Positions 1 to 10,088 of a DNA stretch of 64,000 nucleotides are shown here, in pieces; position 1 is the stretch's first letter; each line of letters begins with the position of its first letter. The translations under genes were made by a program, and so were the position numbers. The DNA is from Thermodesulfobacteriota bacterium (GTDB lineage Bacteria > Desulfobacterota > Desulfarculia > JACQYL01). Where the stretch lies: positions 32,001-96,000 of the forward strand of contig CAXXLZ010000001.1 in assembly GCA_963675595.2 (NCBI GenBank). Reading direction: 5' to 3'. Under the pieces are notes generated by a model. The model did not search any database. It saw only the letters and a list, made by a program, of their open reading frames with translations, and had not been told where the DNA came from.

Positions 1-8
1 GGAACGAG

Positions 9-485
9 ATGTCTGACATGAGGCGGCCAAGAAATGGGATTACTGCCGGCAAGCAACTCGTCGTGCCCGATTCGGACGAGCATTTCGCCTATATCGCCGG
101 CTACACTGAAGGTGGTTTTCCTTACGGAATCACCTGGGAGGAGATGCGAACGATGGCGGAAGAGAAACCCGAAATTGGCAAAGCGCCGAAGGAGCCATCG
201 GATCTCCAACCCGAACCTATCGTCGCATTTTTCGCCGGGTTTGGCCTCGTTGTCGAGGTAAAGCGCAACCGGGGTGGGTTGTCGATCTTTACCTTGCCCG
301 ACAGAACTCCCCTGGCCCGACTGATGTCGGCCGGAAAGGGCGATCTGGTAGAGGTTCTGTGGTGGAGCCACCGTGACCGGTGGGAATCGATCGGTGATCT
401 CGGCGGAGTGGTAATGTCGCTGCGAAAGGCATTGCAGTATGTCGTCGACGACAAGCCGGGCTGTTTCGGTTTTCGGATCTTCTGA
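9..485 (+). CDS. Hypothetical protein; true start may lie outside the window
   Basis: 158-aa ORF with a protein-like motif DSDEHFAYIAGYTEGGFPYGITWEE, followed by a Trp-rich second half. Confidence 0.55.
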   Translation: MSDMRRPRNGITAGKQLVVPDSDEHFAYIAGYTEGGFPYGITWEEMRTMAEEKPEIGKAPKEPSDLQPEPIVAFFAGFGLVVEVKRNRGGLSIFTLPDRTPLARLMSAGKGDLVEVLWWSHRDRWESIGDLGGVVMSLRKALQYVVDDKPGCFGFRIF

Positions 486-657
486 GAGAATGGTGTAGGA
501 GAAAACCATCGCAGGCCAATTCCACGCTTCTTGCTTGACTTCAGCAAAAGGCGAGAACAACCCCGTTTTCGTTTCGCACCGGGCGGGACGGATGTGGAAT
601 GTGTCCGAAAGCTTTCCCATAACCACAGCCGGTTTACACTTCCGGGGCGTTTCCGAA

Positions 658-1689
658 TCAGATGTTGACTTGGGGAGGCCTTTGGATGACCACCCCAAAC
701 CAGCCAAGTCCCTTGTAGGTTTCATATCCGGGGGTCAGGGCGAAACCCACCATGCGGCCCGCATCGTCCACATAGGTTCCCTTCACCTGGTTTTCCCTGC
801 GTAAGTTGACTATTTCCTGCAGGAAACCCTGGTGGTCCGAAGAAGCGATGACCCGAAAGCGCGAATCCAACAGCAGGCACCGGGTGCGCGAGGCTTCCTC
901 CTTGTCCAGGCGTACGCCGTCCACCACCGCCCGGGCCTGGGGCTCCCAATCGAAGAAGATGCCCAACACTCCCACCGGGCGCCCGTGGGTTTCGCCGCTC
1001 TCCCGAATGGCCGTGGCGTAGGTGGCCACGGCCCTGTTGCCCAGTTCGGGGCGCAGGCCCACGTCGGCCACGGAGAACTCGGCGCCGTCCCGAGTGGCCA
1101 GGGCGTTCTTGAACCAGACCTCTCCGGCCATATTGTGGCCCGCCACCCGATAACGGTCCGGCCGGCCGTTGGCCAGGACATCGCCCTTGGTGTCCAGCAC
1201 CCAAAGGTCGAGGTAAACCGTGTAGGAATCCAGGATCACCGCCAGTCGCTTGGAGGCGAAGCGCCGGTTTTCCGGCGAAGGGTCCGAGGCGCAGGCCACC
1301 ATCGCGGCGTCGGTGGCCCACCAGCGCACATCACAGGAACGTTCGTAGAGGTTGCGGTCGATGATGTCGATCATGTTGAGAGCCAGGTCCGACAGTCTGG
1401 TTCCCCGCACATTGGCCACCATTTGTTGGCCCAGACGATCCAGCTTGCTCACTCTTTCGTCCAGTGCGGCGGTCAGTTCATTGGTGATTCCTTTGATGGA
1501 ATCGGATACCCGGCCCACCTCCTCGGCCACGATGGCGAATCCCCGCCCGGCCTCCCCGGCCCGAGCGGCTTCCACTGCGGCGTTAATGGCCAATATTTTG
1601 GTGGAACGGGTGATCCCCATAATTCGCTTTACATTATCGGTGATCAGCTTGGATACATCCTTGGAAAGGGCAAGTATTCTTTCCGGCAT
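658..1689 (-). CDS. Soluble methyl-accepting chemotaxis-like protein (N-terminal MCP signalling hairpin, C-terminal Cache-like domain)
   Basis: Motif [27 protein letters not shown] near the N-terminus; Cache-like segments ([26 protein letters not shown]); no transmembrane helix. GAGGGAG RBS precedes the ATG at 1689. Confidence 0.85.
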   Translation of the reverse strand: MPERILALSKDVSKLITDNVKRIMGITRSTKILAINAAVEAARAGEAGRGFAIVAEEVGRVSDSIKGITNELTAALDERVSKLDRLGQQMVANVRGTRLSDLALNMIDIIDRNLYERSCDVRWWATDAAMVACASDPSPENRRFASKRLAVILDSYTVYLDLWVLDTKGDVLANGRPDRYRVAGHNMAGEVWFKNALATRDGAEFSVADVGLRPELGNRAVATYATAIRESGETHGRPVGVLGIFFDWEPQARAVVDGVRLDKEEASRTRCLLLDSRFRVIASSDHQGFLQEIVNLRRENQVKGTYVDDAGRMVGFALTPGYETYKGLGWFGVVIQRPPQVNI

Positions 1690-1784
1690 GAAGCATTCTC
1701 CCTCATATTGTAGCCACAACGTCCGGCTACTTGGCGCCCCACGGCCGATGCCGGGAGCGTAACTCATCATAATTTAACAAAGGG

Positions 1785-1800
1785 GCAAGAAATGGGCCAA
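1785..1800 (-). promoter_or_regulatory. Sigma54 (-24/-12) promoter for the soluble MCP gene
   Basis: Minus strand reads TTGGCCCATTTCTTGC, giving GG-N10-GC and matching TGGCAC-N5-TTGC, about 95 bp upstream of the start. Confidence 0.65.
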
Positions 1801-2069
1801 ACCGAAACTGAAAGGGGACAAAGGAGACCGCCCTGAATTGCATGACATTTTATTATGTCGAAAAGAACCGACCCGCCGGTATGCGTACCGTCAGGTAGCA
1901 AAAGACGACGAAACCTACCAAAAGGAAGGGAAGGTTGGACGCATGGACCGGCTGAGGCATCGGAGGGCGGCGCTTCCGGTATCGAGGGGGGCCGGAGAAT
2001 CAGGGGGGAAAGGCGAATCGGGCCCCTTCCCTGGTCGGGACATCACCTCCTCAAGCCGTTTTCTCGTAC

Positions 2070-2246
2070 CTATTCACGGGGTGTGCCTCCGGGGGACCAA
2101 TGGCCCCCCCGGACCCCCGTCGTGCTTTTGCGAATCGCATACGCGATTGGCAAAACGAGCAGCATGTACCGTACAACATATTAAAATAATGAAGTTTATT
2201 AGGAAAAGGCCCGAGGGAACCTTTCTTTCAAAGAGCGTTCCCGCGG
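2070..2246 (+). repeat. REP-like intergenic repeat, family A (copy 1)
   Basis: Closely similar to 7702-7882 (CCGGGGGACCAATGGCCCCCC..GGACCCCCG..GCTTTTGCGAATCGC..ACGCGATT..ACGAGCAGCATGT). Ends in a GGGAAC..GTTCCC hairpin. Confidence 0.8.
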
Positions 2247-2429
2247 ATACCCTTCTGAATGCGCACCAAGAACGATCACACGCAAGGCGTGCGAATTCCA
2301 AGCAATGAAGCGTACGTGGAGTACTGCTCAGTGACAAGAGGCCAAGCGCGACGCCGCAGGTTGCGTACTTGATCGGCCCGCCAGGATGGCGCATTTCTTG
2401 CACTTTCAGAGGATATTTGATCTTAAGGC

Positions 2430-2849
2430 GTGGAGTTTTCGGTGAATATTTCGAATATAGGGCAAATATTTCCTCCATCAGGCGTCCAAAACGGTGAAGA
2501 TGTTTCACAGAAAGCTGATTTCAAGGCAAATGATTCTATTGATGAACCAGGGTCGGCATCTAAAACCGTCGATATGAGGAACGTGTCACTAAACGAAGTT
2601 AATCAACTCATCAGATCTGGCACGGACGAGCTTCTGCAGATAGTGCCGTTTGTCCCTCCTCACATCATCAATAAATACGGGCCGGAGTACGCTGCCGGCG
2701 TTAAAGTGGATTTCCTAGGACAAGTAGAGACAAGCCTTGAATTTCATAGAAGTCGCGGTGAGGAAACGGGAATATTGGAAAAAGTATTAGAAAAGCTAAT
2801 AGATATTGATGGAACTGTTATATCTACTAAAGTAGACGTCATGGCTTGA
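2430..2849 (+). CDS. Hypothetical protein
   Basis: 139-aa ORF, AT-richer than its flanks. The start may instead be the GTG at 2442, after GGAG. Confidence 0.6.
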   Translation: MEFSVNISNIGQIFPPSGVQNGEDVSQKADFKANDSIDEPGSASKTVDMRNVSLNEVNQLIRSGTDELLQIVPFVPPHIINKYGPEYAAGVKVDFLGQVETSLEFHRSRGEETGILEKVLEKLIDIDGTVISTKVDVMA

Positions 2850-2864
2850 CCTATCGTCAAGGGC

Positions 2865-3282
2865 TCAAATCGGTTCTCGACTTTCAGTCAAAATAGGTAC
2901 TCGACTTTCACTCAACCGGAGGATCAACTCCTCAACCCGTTTTCCAAGATCGGGGTCCGCTGCAATTACGGATTTCAGCCTCTTAATCACGCTGCTCACC
3001 GAACTGTATTTTTGCATCCCGAACTGCGTGCGATGCCACTTCATTGGAGAAGTCTCGCCAATCGTGCTCCCTTGAGTCGCCTTGTCGGGTATATGGCCAC
3101 ATTTCTCGGTTCGTTAATTACGCCTCTCCGTGATGACATGAGTTCACCTTCGTTCACTCTATACGGGTTCTCCAAAATGCACACTTCTCCGTCCGGTCGA
3201 CAAAAACGGGCTCGCCTCTCCTGCCGGGGTTCATCAGGTGATACCAGGTACGCGGATACTCTATGCGCAGCGGCCTTGACGT
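2865..3282 (-). pseudogene. Internally deleted REP-associated tyrosine transposase (RAYT / Y1_Tnp) remnant
   Basis: Reads (T)SRPLRIEYPRTWYHLMNPGRRGEPVF, a RAYT N-terminus with the start codon as ACG, joined directly to a C-terminal HTH (SRRGVINEPRNVAIY...FGMQKYSSVSSVIKRL). The HUH core is missing and there are frameshifts. Confidence 0.8.
2867..2914. repeat. 24-bp tandem duplication at the 3' end of the RAYT remnant
   Basis: AAATCGGTTCTCGACTTTCAGTCA followed by AAATAGGTACTCGACTTTCACTCA (3 mismatches). Confidence 0.85.
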
Positions 3283-3361
3283 GGTGAGGCGGTTACAATC
3301 AATATAACCAAGATTGAAGAGGAGACTTGACCTCTTTACACATCCCAACGCAGGAAACCCA

Positions 3362-4225
3362 ATGTTTCAAGCAGTTGCAGCAAATCAACCGACCGTCCCG
3401 CCCCGTTCGAGCACTATACGGCCGCGGGTCTTTGGACGGACGAGCACACATCGTCCAAAATGCTTTCTTTTCACCTCGAGGGGTCCGTGGACGTCTCCTC
3501 CAGGAACACGGAGTTCATTGATCGGTCCGTTCGCTGGATCGTTTCCCGCTTCGATTTGAACGAGAACAAGAGTGTGGCTGATTTCGGGTGCGGACCGGGC
3601 CTGTACACGACTCGTCTCGCCGCATCCGGGAGCGGAGGTGACCGGCATCGACTTTTCCGGGGGTTCCATCGAATATGCCCGCCGAGAATCAAAGCGCCGG
3701 GGCCTTTCCATCGACCACGTGCACGCCGACTACCTGGAATATGATACGAACCGGCGTTTCGATGTGATCCTGATGATCATGTGCGACTTCTGCGCACTCA
3801 GCCCGGAGCAGAGGGCAAGGATGCTGAACAAGTTCTCCGAGTTCCTCAAGCCCGGAGGAGCGGTGCTGCTCGACGTCTATTCCCTGCGCGCCTTCGAGGA
3901 ACGGGAGGAGACCGCCGTGTACGCCCCTGATTTGCTGGACGGGTTCTGGTCCGCAGAACCGTATTTCGGGTTTCTGAATACGTTCAAGTACGAAGCCGAA
4001 CAGGTGGTGCTCGACAAATACACCATTGTCGAGGAGGCTCGAACCCGCGAGGTCTACAATTGGCTTCAGTACTTCGACCCGGAGGGCCTGGGGAGAGAGG
4101 TCCGGGCCGCCGGCTTGGAGGTTGAGGCATTCCCGGGGGACGTGGCCGGTGGAGATTTCGACGCGCAGGGCGACGAATTCGCCGTTTTGGCGCGAAAGCG
4201 GCTTCCCGGTGAATCCGTTCGGTGA
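3362..4225 (+). CDS. Class I SAM-dependent methyltransferase with three apparent +1 frameshifts (sequencing error or pseudogene)
   Basis: Removing one base each at about 3366, 3393 and 3629 gives MFKQLQQINRRPAPFEHYTA..LWTDEH..VADFGCGPGLYTTRLAASGAEVTGIDFS..LKPGG. Confidence 0.8.
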
Positions 4226-4373
4226 TCCTTCGGAGCGGGATTTCCTCTTTTCGAGCGCGTCGGCGAGGGATTACAGCCCATGACGCGAAAGAGGCTTGCC
4301 GCAAGAGAATCGGCCTGTTTGACGGTAGGCGGGATGGACTGAGGACGGGGGATTCTTTCCCCCGGGAAACTTC

Positions 4374-4402
4374 TTGACACAATAGTTAAGTTGCTGTACT
4401 AT
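4374..4402 (+). promoter_or_regulatory. Sigma70 promoter of the MarR gene, overlapping operator O1
   Basis: TTGACA (4374-4379), 17 bp, TACTAT (4397-4402). Operator ATAGTTAAGttgCTGTACTAT at 4382-4402. Confidence 0.85.
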
Positions 4403-4409
4403 TCGGATC

Positions 4410-4886
4410 ATGGAAACCAAGGAAGAACTCATCATATCCACCATCCGGGCGCTGCTGCGCGTGGCCAAGAAATACGCACGCATCGAGCAGTTGCCCGTTC
4501 CGGTGGAAAAGGGTGTGGAAATCACCACGGCGGAAGCCCATACCATCCAGGCCGTGGGAGAAGACGAAGGAATGAGGGTTTTGGATGTGGCGACGTTCTT
4601 CGGCGTGACCAAGAGCGCCGCTTCTCAGATGGTCGCCAGACTGGTGCGGAAAGGCTTTTTGGAGAAGAGGACCTCCGATCACAACAACAAGGAATTCCAG
4701 TTGTTCCTCACCCAATCGGGTTGGCGGGCCTTCCAGGCTCACGAGCGGTTTCACGGGAAGGATCTGGCCGGTTTGGTGAATCGTCTGAGCGCCTTTTCTC
4801 TGTCGCAGATCGCGACCATATCGGTTTTGCTGGAGGCCCTCGGAGCCGTCATGGACGAAAGATTGTCGGAAAAAGAACGGGAGTGA
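4410..4886 (+). CDS. MarR-family transcriptional regulator
   Basis: Winged HTH: VLDVATFFGVTKSAASQMVARLVRKGFLEK..LFLTQSG. Confidence 0.92.
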   Translation: METKEELIISTIRALLRVAKKYARIEQLPVPVEKGVEITTAEAHTIQAVGEDEGMRVLDVATFFGVTKSAASQMVARLVRKGFLEKRTSDHNNKEFQLFLTQSGWRAFQAHERFHGKDLAGLVNRLSAFSLSQIATISVLLEALGAVMDERLSEKERE

Positions 4887-4903
4887 TTCTTTTTTTTGGG
4901 TTA

Positions 4904-4924
4904 ATAGTTAAGCTGCTTAACTAT
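4904..4924. promoter_or_regulatory. Palindromic operator O2, probable MarR site
   Basis: Perfect ATAGTTAAG-CTG-CTTAACTAT, 13 bp before the RND start; a near copy lies at 4382. Confidence 0.8.
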
Positions 4925-4937
4925 ATGGGGCGCAGAC

Positions 4938-7649
4938 ATGTGGAATCCGAAAAGAGCCGTCATTGAATTTTCCATTAAACGCTACAAGCTCATCGCCGTA
5001 GCCGCGGTTTTGTTCACACTGGCGACCGGCGCTTTCTTCCCGTTGATCACCATTGATACGGACCCGGAAAGCATGCTCGAGAAAACCGAGCCCGTCCGGG
5101 TCTTCCACAATGAGAGTAAGAAGCGGTTCGATCTGAGCGATACCATTGTGCTGGGCGTTATCAACGAGCACGATCCGAACGGCGTTTTCAATCCGGAGAC
5201 TTTGAGGCGCGTTTATGAGTTGACCGAATACGCGAAGAGCCTCCGCTGGGAGGATGAAGCACATCCCGGTCGATTATCCGGTGTCATAGAAGCCGACATG
5301 ATCGCTCCGTCCATGGTCGATCACATCAGCCGGCAGGGACCCGGAACGATCAAGTTCGAGTGGCTCATGGCCCGGCCGCCGGAAACGAAGGCGGAAGCTC
5401 TGGCCGTTCGCGACAGGGCCCTCTCGAACCCCCTCTTCAAGGGCCGGATGATATCGGAAGACGGCAAGGCCCTCTGCATCTATCTGCCTTTGACGGATAA
5501 GCTCCTAAGCTATCGAATATACGAAGACCTCAACAGGAAGATCGCCCTGATGGGCGGCGAGGAAGAATACCACATCGCCGGTCTTCCGGTTGCGGAAAGC
5601 GCCATCGGGGTGGAGATGTTCAAGCAGATGACGGTGGCGGCTCCCTTGACGATGCTGGTGATCATGGGACTCCTGTTCCTCTTCTTTCGAAGATGGACGT
5701 TGATTGTCCTTCCCATGGTCGTTGCCACGGTTTCGGTGGTATCGGCATTGGGGCTGATGATCGCTTTCGGCTACCCGGTCCACATCCTCAGTTCCATGCT
5801 TCCGATCTTCGTGATGCCCATCGCCATCTGCGACACGGTTCATATTCTTTCGGATTTCTTTCAATCCTACACCAGAGAGAAGGGGCGCAGGCAAACCATC
5901 CGGGAAGTGATGCACTCGCTGTTCGCGCCCGTTCTATATACCTCGTTAACAACGGCCGCCGGCTTTCTGTCGTTCTTGACGACATCGATTCCGCCGGCGA
6001 GGGTTTTCGGTGTTTTTGTCGCCGTGGGGGTCTTGATTGCCTGGATCACCACCATATTGCTCGTGCCCGCATACATCATGATGATCCCGGATCGGGTGCT
6101 GGAAAACTTCGGCAAGTCGTCCAAGAAGCGAGAAGGACACACGTGGATCGAGGGGTTCCTGCAATTCCTGGGAAGGTTGACCTACACACGCGCAAAGTTG
6201 GTTCTGGCAATCATACCCTTGCTGCTCATCCCGGCGGTATGGGGTATTTCTCAGATCAGAATCAACGACAATTACGCGAAACGATTCAGTACAAACCATC
6301 CGATTCGCCAAGCAGATATCGCACTCAATAGGCATTTTGATGGGACCTATGTCGCGTACTTGGTCATGGAAGGGACCGAGACCGGAAAGCCGTCGCAGCG
6401 GGATATCCTGAGAACGGAATTGGACCTTGCCGACTTTGTCCAGGGCATGGGGGATCGCGGCGCAGCCGCCGCCGGAATCGTCGCGGATGTGGGGGGCGGA
6501 CTTGCCGGGTTCGCGCGAAAAGCGGGCTCGTTCGAGGCGTTCATGGATACGGCGACCCGTTATGTGGATGAGAAATCGGCCTCCGCCTCGGACGAGGATT
6601 ATGATGTCCTGCAGGAGCTAAGGAGCTTCTTCGGCATGGAAAAGGAGAAACGCAAGCCTTTCAAGCGGCCGGAGGTGCTCGAATATATGGCCGGACTGCA
6701 GACGTACCTGGTGAAGAAAGGATTGGTGGGTAAATGCACGTCCGTTGCAGACGTGGTTCGCAAAGTCAACCAGGAATTGACCGACGGTACCAAGGAGAGT
6801 TTTCGTATCCCGGACAAACTGCAAGGGGTGTCGGAATGCTACATGCAATACCAACAAAGCCATCGGCCCAACGATCTTTGGCATATGGTAACGCCGGATT
6901 TCATGAACGCCAATGTCTGGACCCAGTTCACACGAGGAGACAGCGAACAAACGCATAGAACCGTCAAGGCGGTGGAGCGATATGTCGCGACTCACGAGCC
7001 GCCGGTTGCTTTGTCCTTCCGGTGGGCGGGCCTGCATTACGTCAATTTCGTATTTCAGGACATCCTGTTCAGGCAGATGTTGCAATCGTTTGCCGGAACA
7101 TTGGGCATTGTCTTCATCATGATGGTCTTTCTATTTCGCTCTCTGCTTTGGGCCGTGGCGTCCATGATTCCTTTGACGCTCACCATCACCACCATCTACG
7201 GAGTCACCGGAATCGTGGGCAAGGACTACGACATGCCGGTTGCGGTCCTGAGCGCCATCTCACTTGGGATAGCCGTTGATTTCGCCGTCCACTTTCTGGA
7301 GCGGAGCCGTGAAATGTACGCACAAACAGGCTCCTGGGCGCAGACCGTGCCGAAAATGTTCGAAGAACCGGCAATAGCGATCAGCCGAAACGTCCTGGTG
7401 GTGGCGTTCGGATTCATGCCCCTCATGGTGGCTCAGTTGATTCCCTATAAGACGACCGCGGTACTGCTTTTCGGAATTCTCTTCTTTTCCGGTCTGATGA
7501 CCTTGCTCCTCCTTCCATCGTTGCTGATGGTCGCGGAAAAGTGGTTTTTCGGAAAACAAGCCGGAAGCAATCGGACGGCTGAATCAACGGAACAGGGGAG
7601 ACCCCTCGAAACCATGGAGAGCGAAATGAAGGCCGAGTCCTCCAAATGA
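4938..7649 (+). CDS. MMPL / RND-family transporter
   Basis: 903 aa with two repeats of TM bundle plus periplasmic domain; motifs IAICDTVH, TSLTTAAGFLS and GIAVDFAVHF. Confidence 0.92.
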   Translation: MWNPKRAVIEFSIKRYKLIAVAAVLFTLATGAFFPLITIDTDPESMLEKTEPVRVFHNESKKRFDLSDTIVLGVINEHDPNGVFNPETLRRVYELTEYAKSLRWEDEAHPGRLSGVIEADMIAPSMVDHISRQGPGTIKFEWLMARPPETKAEALAVRDRALSNPLFKGRMISEDGKALCIYLPLTDKLLSYRIYEDLNRKIALMGGEEEYHIAGLPVAESAIGVEMFKQMTVAAPLTMLVIMGLLFLFFRRWTLIVLPMVVATVSVVSALGLMIAFGYPVHILSSMLPIFVMPIAICDTVHILSDFFQSYTREKGRRQTIREVMHSLFAPVLYTSLTTAAGFLSFLTTSIPPARVFGVFVAVGVLIAWITTILLVPAYIMMIPDRVLENFGKSSKKREGHTWIEGFLQFLGRLTYTRAKLVLAIIPLLLIPAVWGISQIRINDNYAKRFSTNHPIRQADIALNRHFDGTYVAYLVMEGTETGKPSQRDILRTELDLADFVQGMGDRGAAAAGIVADVGGGLAGFARKAGSFEAFMDTATRYVDEKSASASDEDYDVLQELRSFFGMEKEKRKPFKRPEVLEYMAGLQTYLVKKGLVGKCTSVADVVRKVNQELTDGTKESFRIPDKLQGVSECYMQYQQSHRPNDLWHMVTPDFMNANVWTQFTRGDSEQTHRTVKAVERYVATHEPPVALSFRWAGLHYVNFVFQDILFRQMLQSFAGTLGIVFIMMVFLFRSLLWAVASMIPLTLTITTIYGVTGIVGKDYDMPVAVLSAISLGIAVDFAVHFLERSREMYAQTGSWAQTVPKMFEEPAIAISRNVLVVAFGFMPLMVAQLIPYKTTAVLLFGILFFSGLMTLLLLPSLLMVAEKWFFGKQAGSNRTAESTEQGRPLETMESEMKAESSK

Positions 7650-7701
7650 GATTCCGTCTTGTGACAGGGCCGATCGGTGAGAGGGTGGAGAACAAAGGCA
7701 T

Positions 7702-7882
7702 CTATTCACGGCGTGTGCCGCAGGGGGACGCCGTCCCCCTGCGCCCCCTGCCGGGGGACCAATGGCCCCCCGGACCCCCGCTGCGCTTTTGCGAATCGCG
7801 CACGCGATTCACAAGACGAGCAGCATGTGCCGTCCAACGTCGTAAAATACTGAAAGGTTTTTGGGGAGGAGCCCGTGGGAAC
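7702..7882 (+). repeat. REP-like repeat, family A (copy 2), inside the RND operon
   Basis: Aligns with 2070-2246, carries an extra CAGGGGGACGCCGTCCCCCTG hairpin, and is truncated at GGGAAC. Confidence 0.8.
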
Positions 7883-7977
7883 ATGGGGCTCCCGGCGACC
7901 CTGCGAATCATTACGGTCGCCAATGTTGGGAGCATGAAGAAGTACATCGGTCAAAGACAAGGAAAGCGGGAGGGATT

Positions 7978-8812
7978 ATGAAAGCGATAACGATTTCCAC
8001 GGTAACAGCCGTGGGGCTTCTGTTGGTGCTGGGCGTTTGCTGCGCATGGTCCGGAGATGTGAACGTCGACGACATCATTCGGAAGGCGAACCACATGGCC
8101 TTGTACCAGGGGGCGGACGCAAAAGGAAGAGTCGGCCTGGTGATCACCGACAAGCAGGGGCGTATCCGCAAGAGGGAATTCAACATTCTCCGAAAAGACG
8201 AAGGCGAGTCCGACGGGGATCAGAAATACTTCGTTTTCTTTCATGAACCCGCCGACGTTCGGAAAATGGTGTTCATGGTTCACAAGCATGCGGACCCGGG
8301 CAGAGACGACGACAGGTGGCTCTATATGCCGAGCCTTGATCTGGTAAAACGCATCGCGGCCGGTGACAAACGCACCAGTTTCTTGGGGTCCGATTTTCTT
8401 TACGAAGATATTTCGGGCCGAAGGCCGTTTGAAGATACCCATGAGCTGATAGAGACAACAAGTATGCATTATATCATCAAAAACATACCCATATATAAAG
8501 AGAAAGTTGAATTTGAACACTATATCGCATACATTGATAAAAATACTTTTATTCCTATGAAATTGGAGTTTTTTAAAAAAAGATGACAGACTATATCGTG
8601 TGGTTGAGTCAATAAGCGTGCTCGATATCGAAGCGTATGAAGACGGAAACAAGGTAACTTATCCTACCGTAATCGTATCGGTCGCCAAAGACCTGGAGAA
8701 TGGGAGCATGTCCGAAATGAAATATGCCAATACCCGGTACAATATGGGTTTGAAGTCGGATATTTTTACTGAACGTTATCTGATAAGGCCTCCAAGAGAT
8801 GCCGTTCGATAA
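7978..8812 (+). CDS. LolA-like outer-membrane lipoprotein-sorting family protein, frameshifted at about 8580
   Basis: Signal peptide; FHEPADVRKMVF..DDRWLYMPSLDLVKRIA..SFLGSDFLYEDI. Deleting one A from the T6A7 run gives FFKKDDRLYRVVES..IFTERYL. Confidence 0.85.
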
Positions 8813-10088
8813 GAACCAAGGTCTGTTATTCAAGCTGTTGATTCCATTTGTGTTGTTTGTGGACATGACCATTCGGGCATCGACCGGCCATTGCGGTTCA
8901 CTATTTGAGGATTTGCCGGTTGTGGAAATCCATGGGTTTTTCGAAACAAGAGCCGGCTTTCGTATGCAGAACGATCCCCATGAACGGGATCTGTCCATAT
9001 TGGATGCCCGACTTCAGGGTGAGCTCCTTGTTGATACCGATTGGGCGGAATTCAAGTACAAAGGGGACTTGTGGTACGACGGAGTAACGGAACAGGGGGA
9101 GTACGACACGCGTGAGACCTGGTTCTTCGTGCGTCCTACGGACTTTCTGGACGTGAAGATCGGCCGTCAGGTTCTGACGTGGGGAACGGGGGAATTGGTT
9201 TTTTTGAACGACCTTTTTCCAAAGGACTGGCAGTCCTTTTTCATCGGGAGAGATTCCGAATATCTGAAGGCGCCTTCCGATGCGGCGAAATTCAGCTTTT
9301 TCACGGACATCGCGAATCTTGACGTGGTGTATACGCCTCAATTTGATCCCGACCGCCTTGTTACGGGCGAGTATCTTTCCTATTGGAATGCCTCACTCGG
9401 AAAATTGGCCGGACGCGACGCGATCGTCAAAGCGGAAAAACCGGAGCGATGGTTTCAGGATGATGAAGTCTCGGTGCGCCTCTACAAGAACATCAACAAT
9501 TACGAGGCGGGGCTGTACGGATACCGAGGTTATTGGAAAAAGCCCGCCGGTCGGACGGAGTCGGGCAGGCCCGCATTTCCTGAACTGGATGTTTTCGGCG
9601 CCTCGGTTCGTGGGCGGATCGGACCCGGGATCGGGAACATTGAGATCGCCTATTATCATTCGGCGGACGACGAGAGTGGTTCCAATCCCCTGGTGGATAA
9701 TTCGGAGATGCGGTATCTGGCCGGTTACACGCAGGATATGGGAAGAGACTTCAATGCCGGTCTCCAATACTATGTGGAACAGATTCTTGATTATGATGAT
9801 TACGTTTCGAGCCTGACCGAGGGGCCGGTCAGGGATCGTTTCAGACATGTCCTGACGTTCCGGTTCACCAAATTGCTGATGAGTCAGAATCTTGAACTGT
9901 CCCTGGAGGGCTATTACTCACACAGTGATCATGACGCCTACCTGCGCCCCAAAGTCCACTACAAGTATACGGATCATATCGCGATTGAAACCGGAGCCAA
10001 TCTCTTTGTCGGGGCGGACCGGAATACATTTTTCGGCCAATTTGAAAAAAACACAAATACATACATGGCGGTTAGGTATAGCTTCTAA
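8799..10088 (+). CDS. Putative outer-membrane beta-barrel protein (DUF1302-like)
   Basis: DVKIGRQVLTWGTG motif, alternating beta-strand pattern and C-terminal YSF; usual neighbour of MMPL + LolA-like genes. Confidence 0.75.
   Translation: MPFDKNQGLLFKLLIPFVLFVDMTIRASTGHCGSLFEDLPVVEIHGFFETRAGFRMQNDPHERDLSILDARLQGELLVDTDWAEFKYKGDLWYDGVTEQGEYDTRETWFFVRPTDFLDVKIGRQVLTWGTGELVFLNDLFPKDWQSFFIGRDSEYLKAPSDAAKFSFFTDIANLDVVYTPQFDPDRLVTGEYLSYWNASLGKLAGRDAIVKAEKPERWFQDDEVSVRLYKNINNYEAGLYGYRGYWKKPAGRTESGRPAFPELDVFGASVRGRIGPGIGNIEIAYYHSADDESGSNPLVDNSEMRYLAGYTQDMGRDFNAGLQYYVEQILDYDDYVSSLTEGPVRDRFRHVLTFRFTKLLMSQNLELSLEGYYSHSDHDAYLRPKVHYKYTDHIAIETGANLFVGADRNTFFGQFEKNTNTYMAVRYSF

Noticed and set aside
1790-1835. 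c-di-GMP-I (GEMM) riboswitch-like GGCCAAACC..GAAAGGGGAC
   Set aside because: It is on the opposite strand to the MCP gene, lacks P2, and is better explained as the sigma54 promoter.
1838-2308. 156-aa ORF between the MCP and the orphan gene
   Set aside because: It runs through the family A repeat and shows no protein-like motifs or clear RBS.
2867-2914. CRISPR array
   Set aside because: Only two abutting units with no spacers, and no cas genes in the window.
8584-8586. TGA as selenocysteine or readthrough in the LolA-like gene
   Set aside because: The protein continues in a different frame, so this is a frameshift, not recoding.
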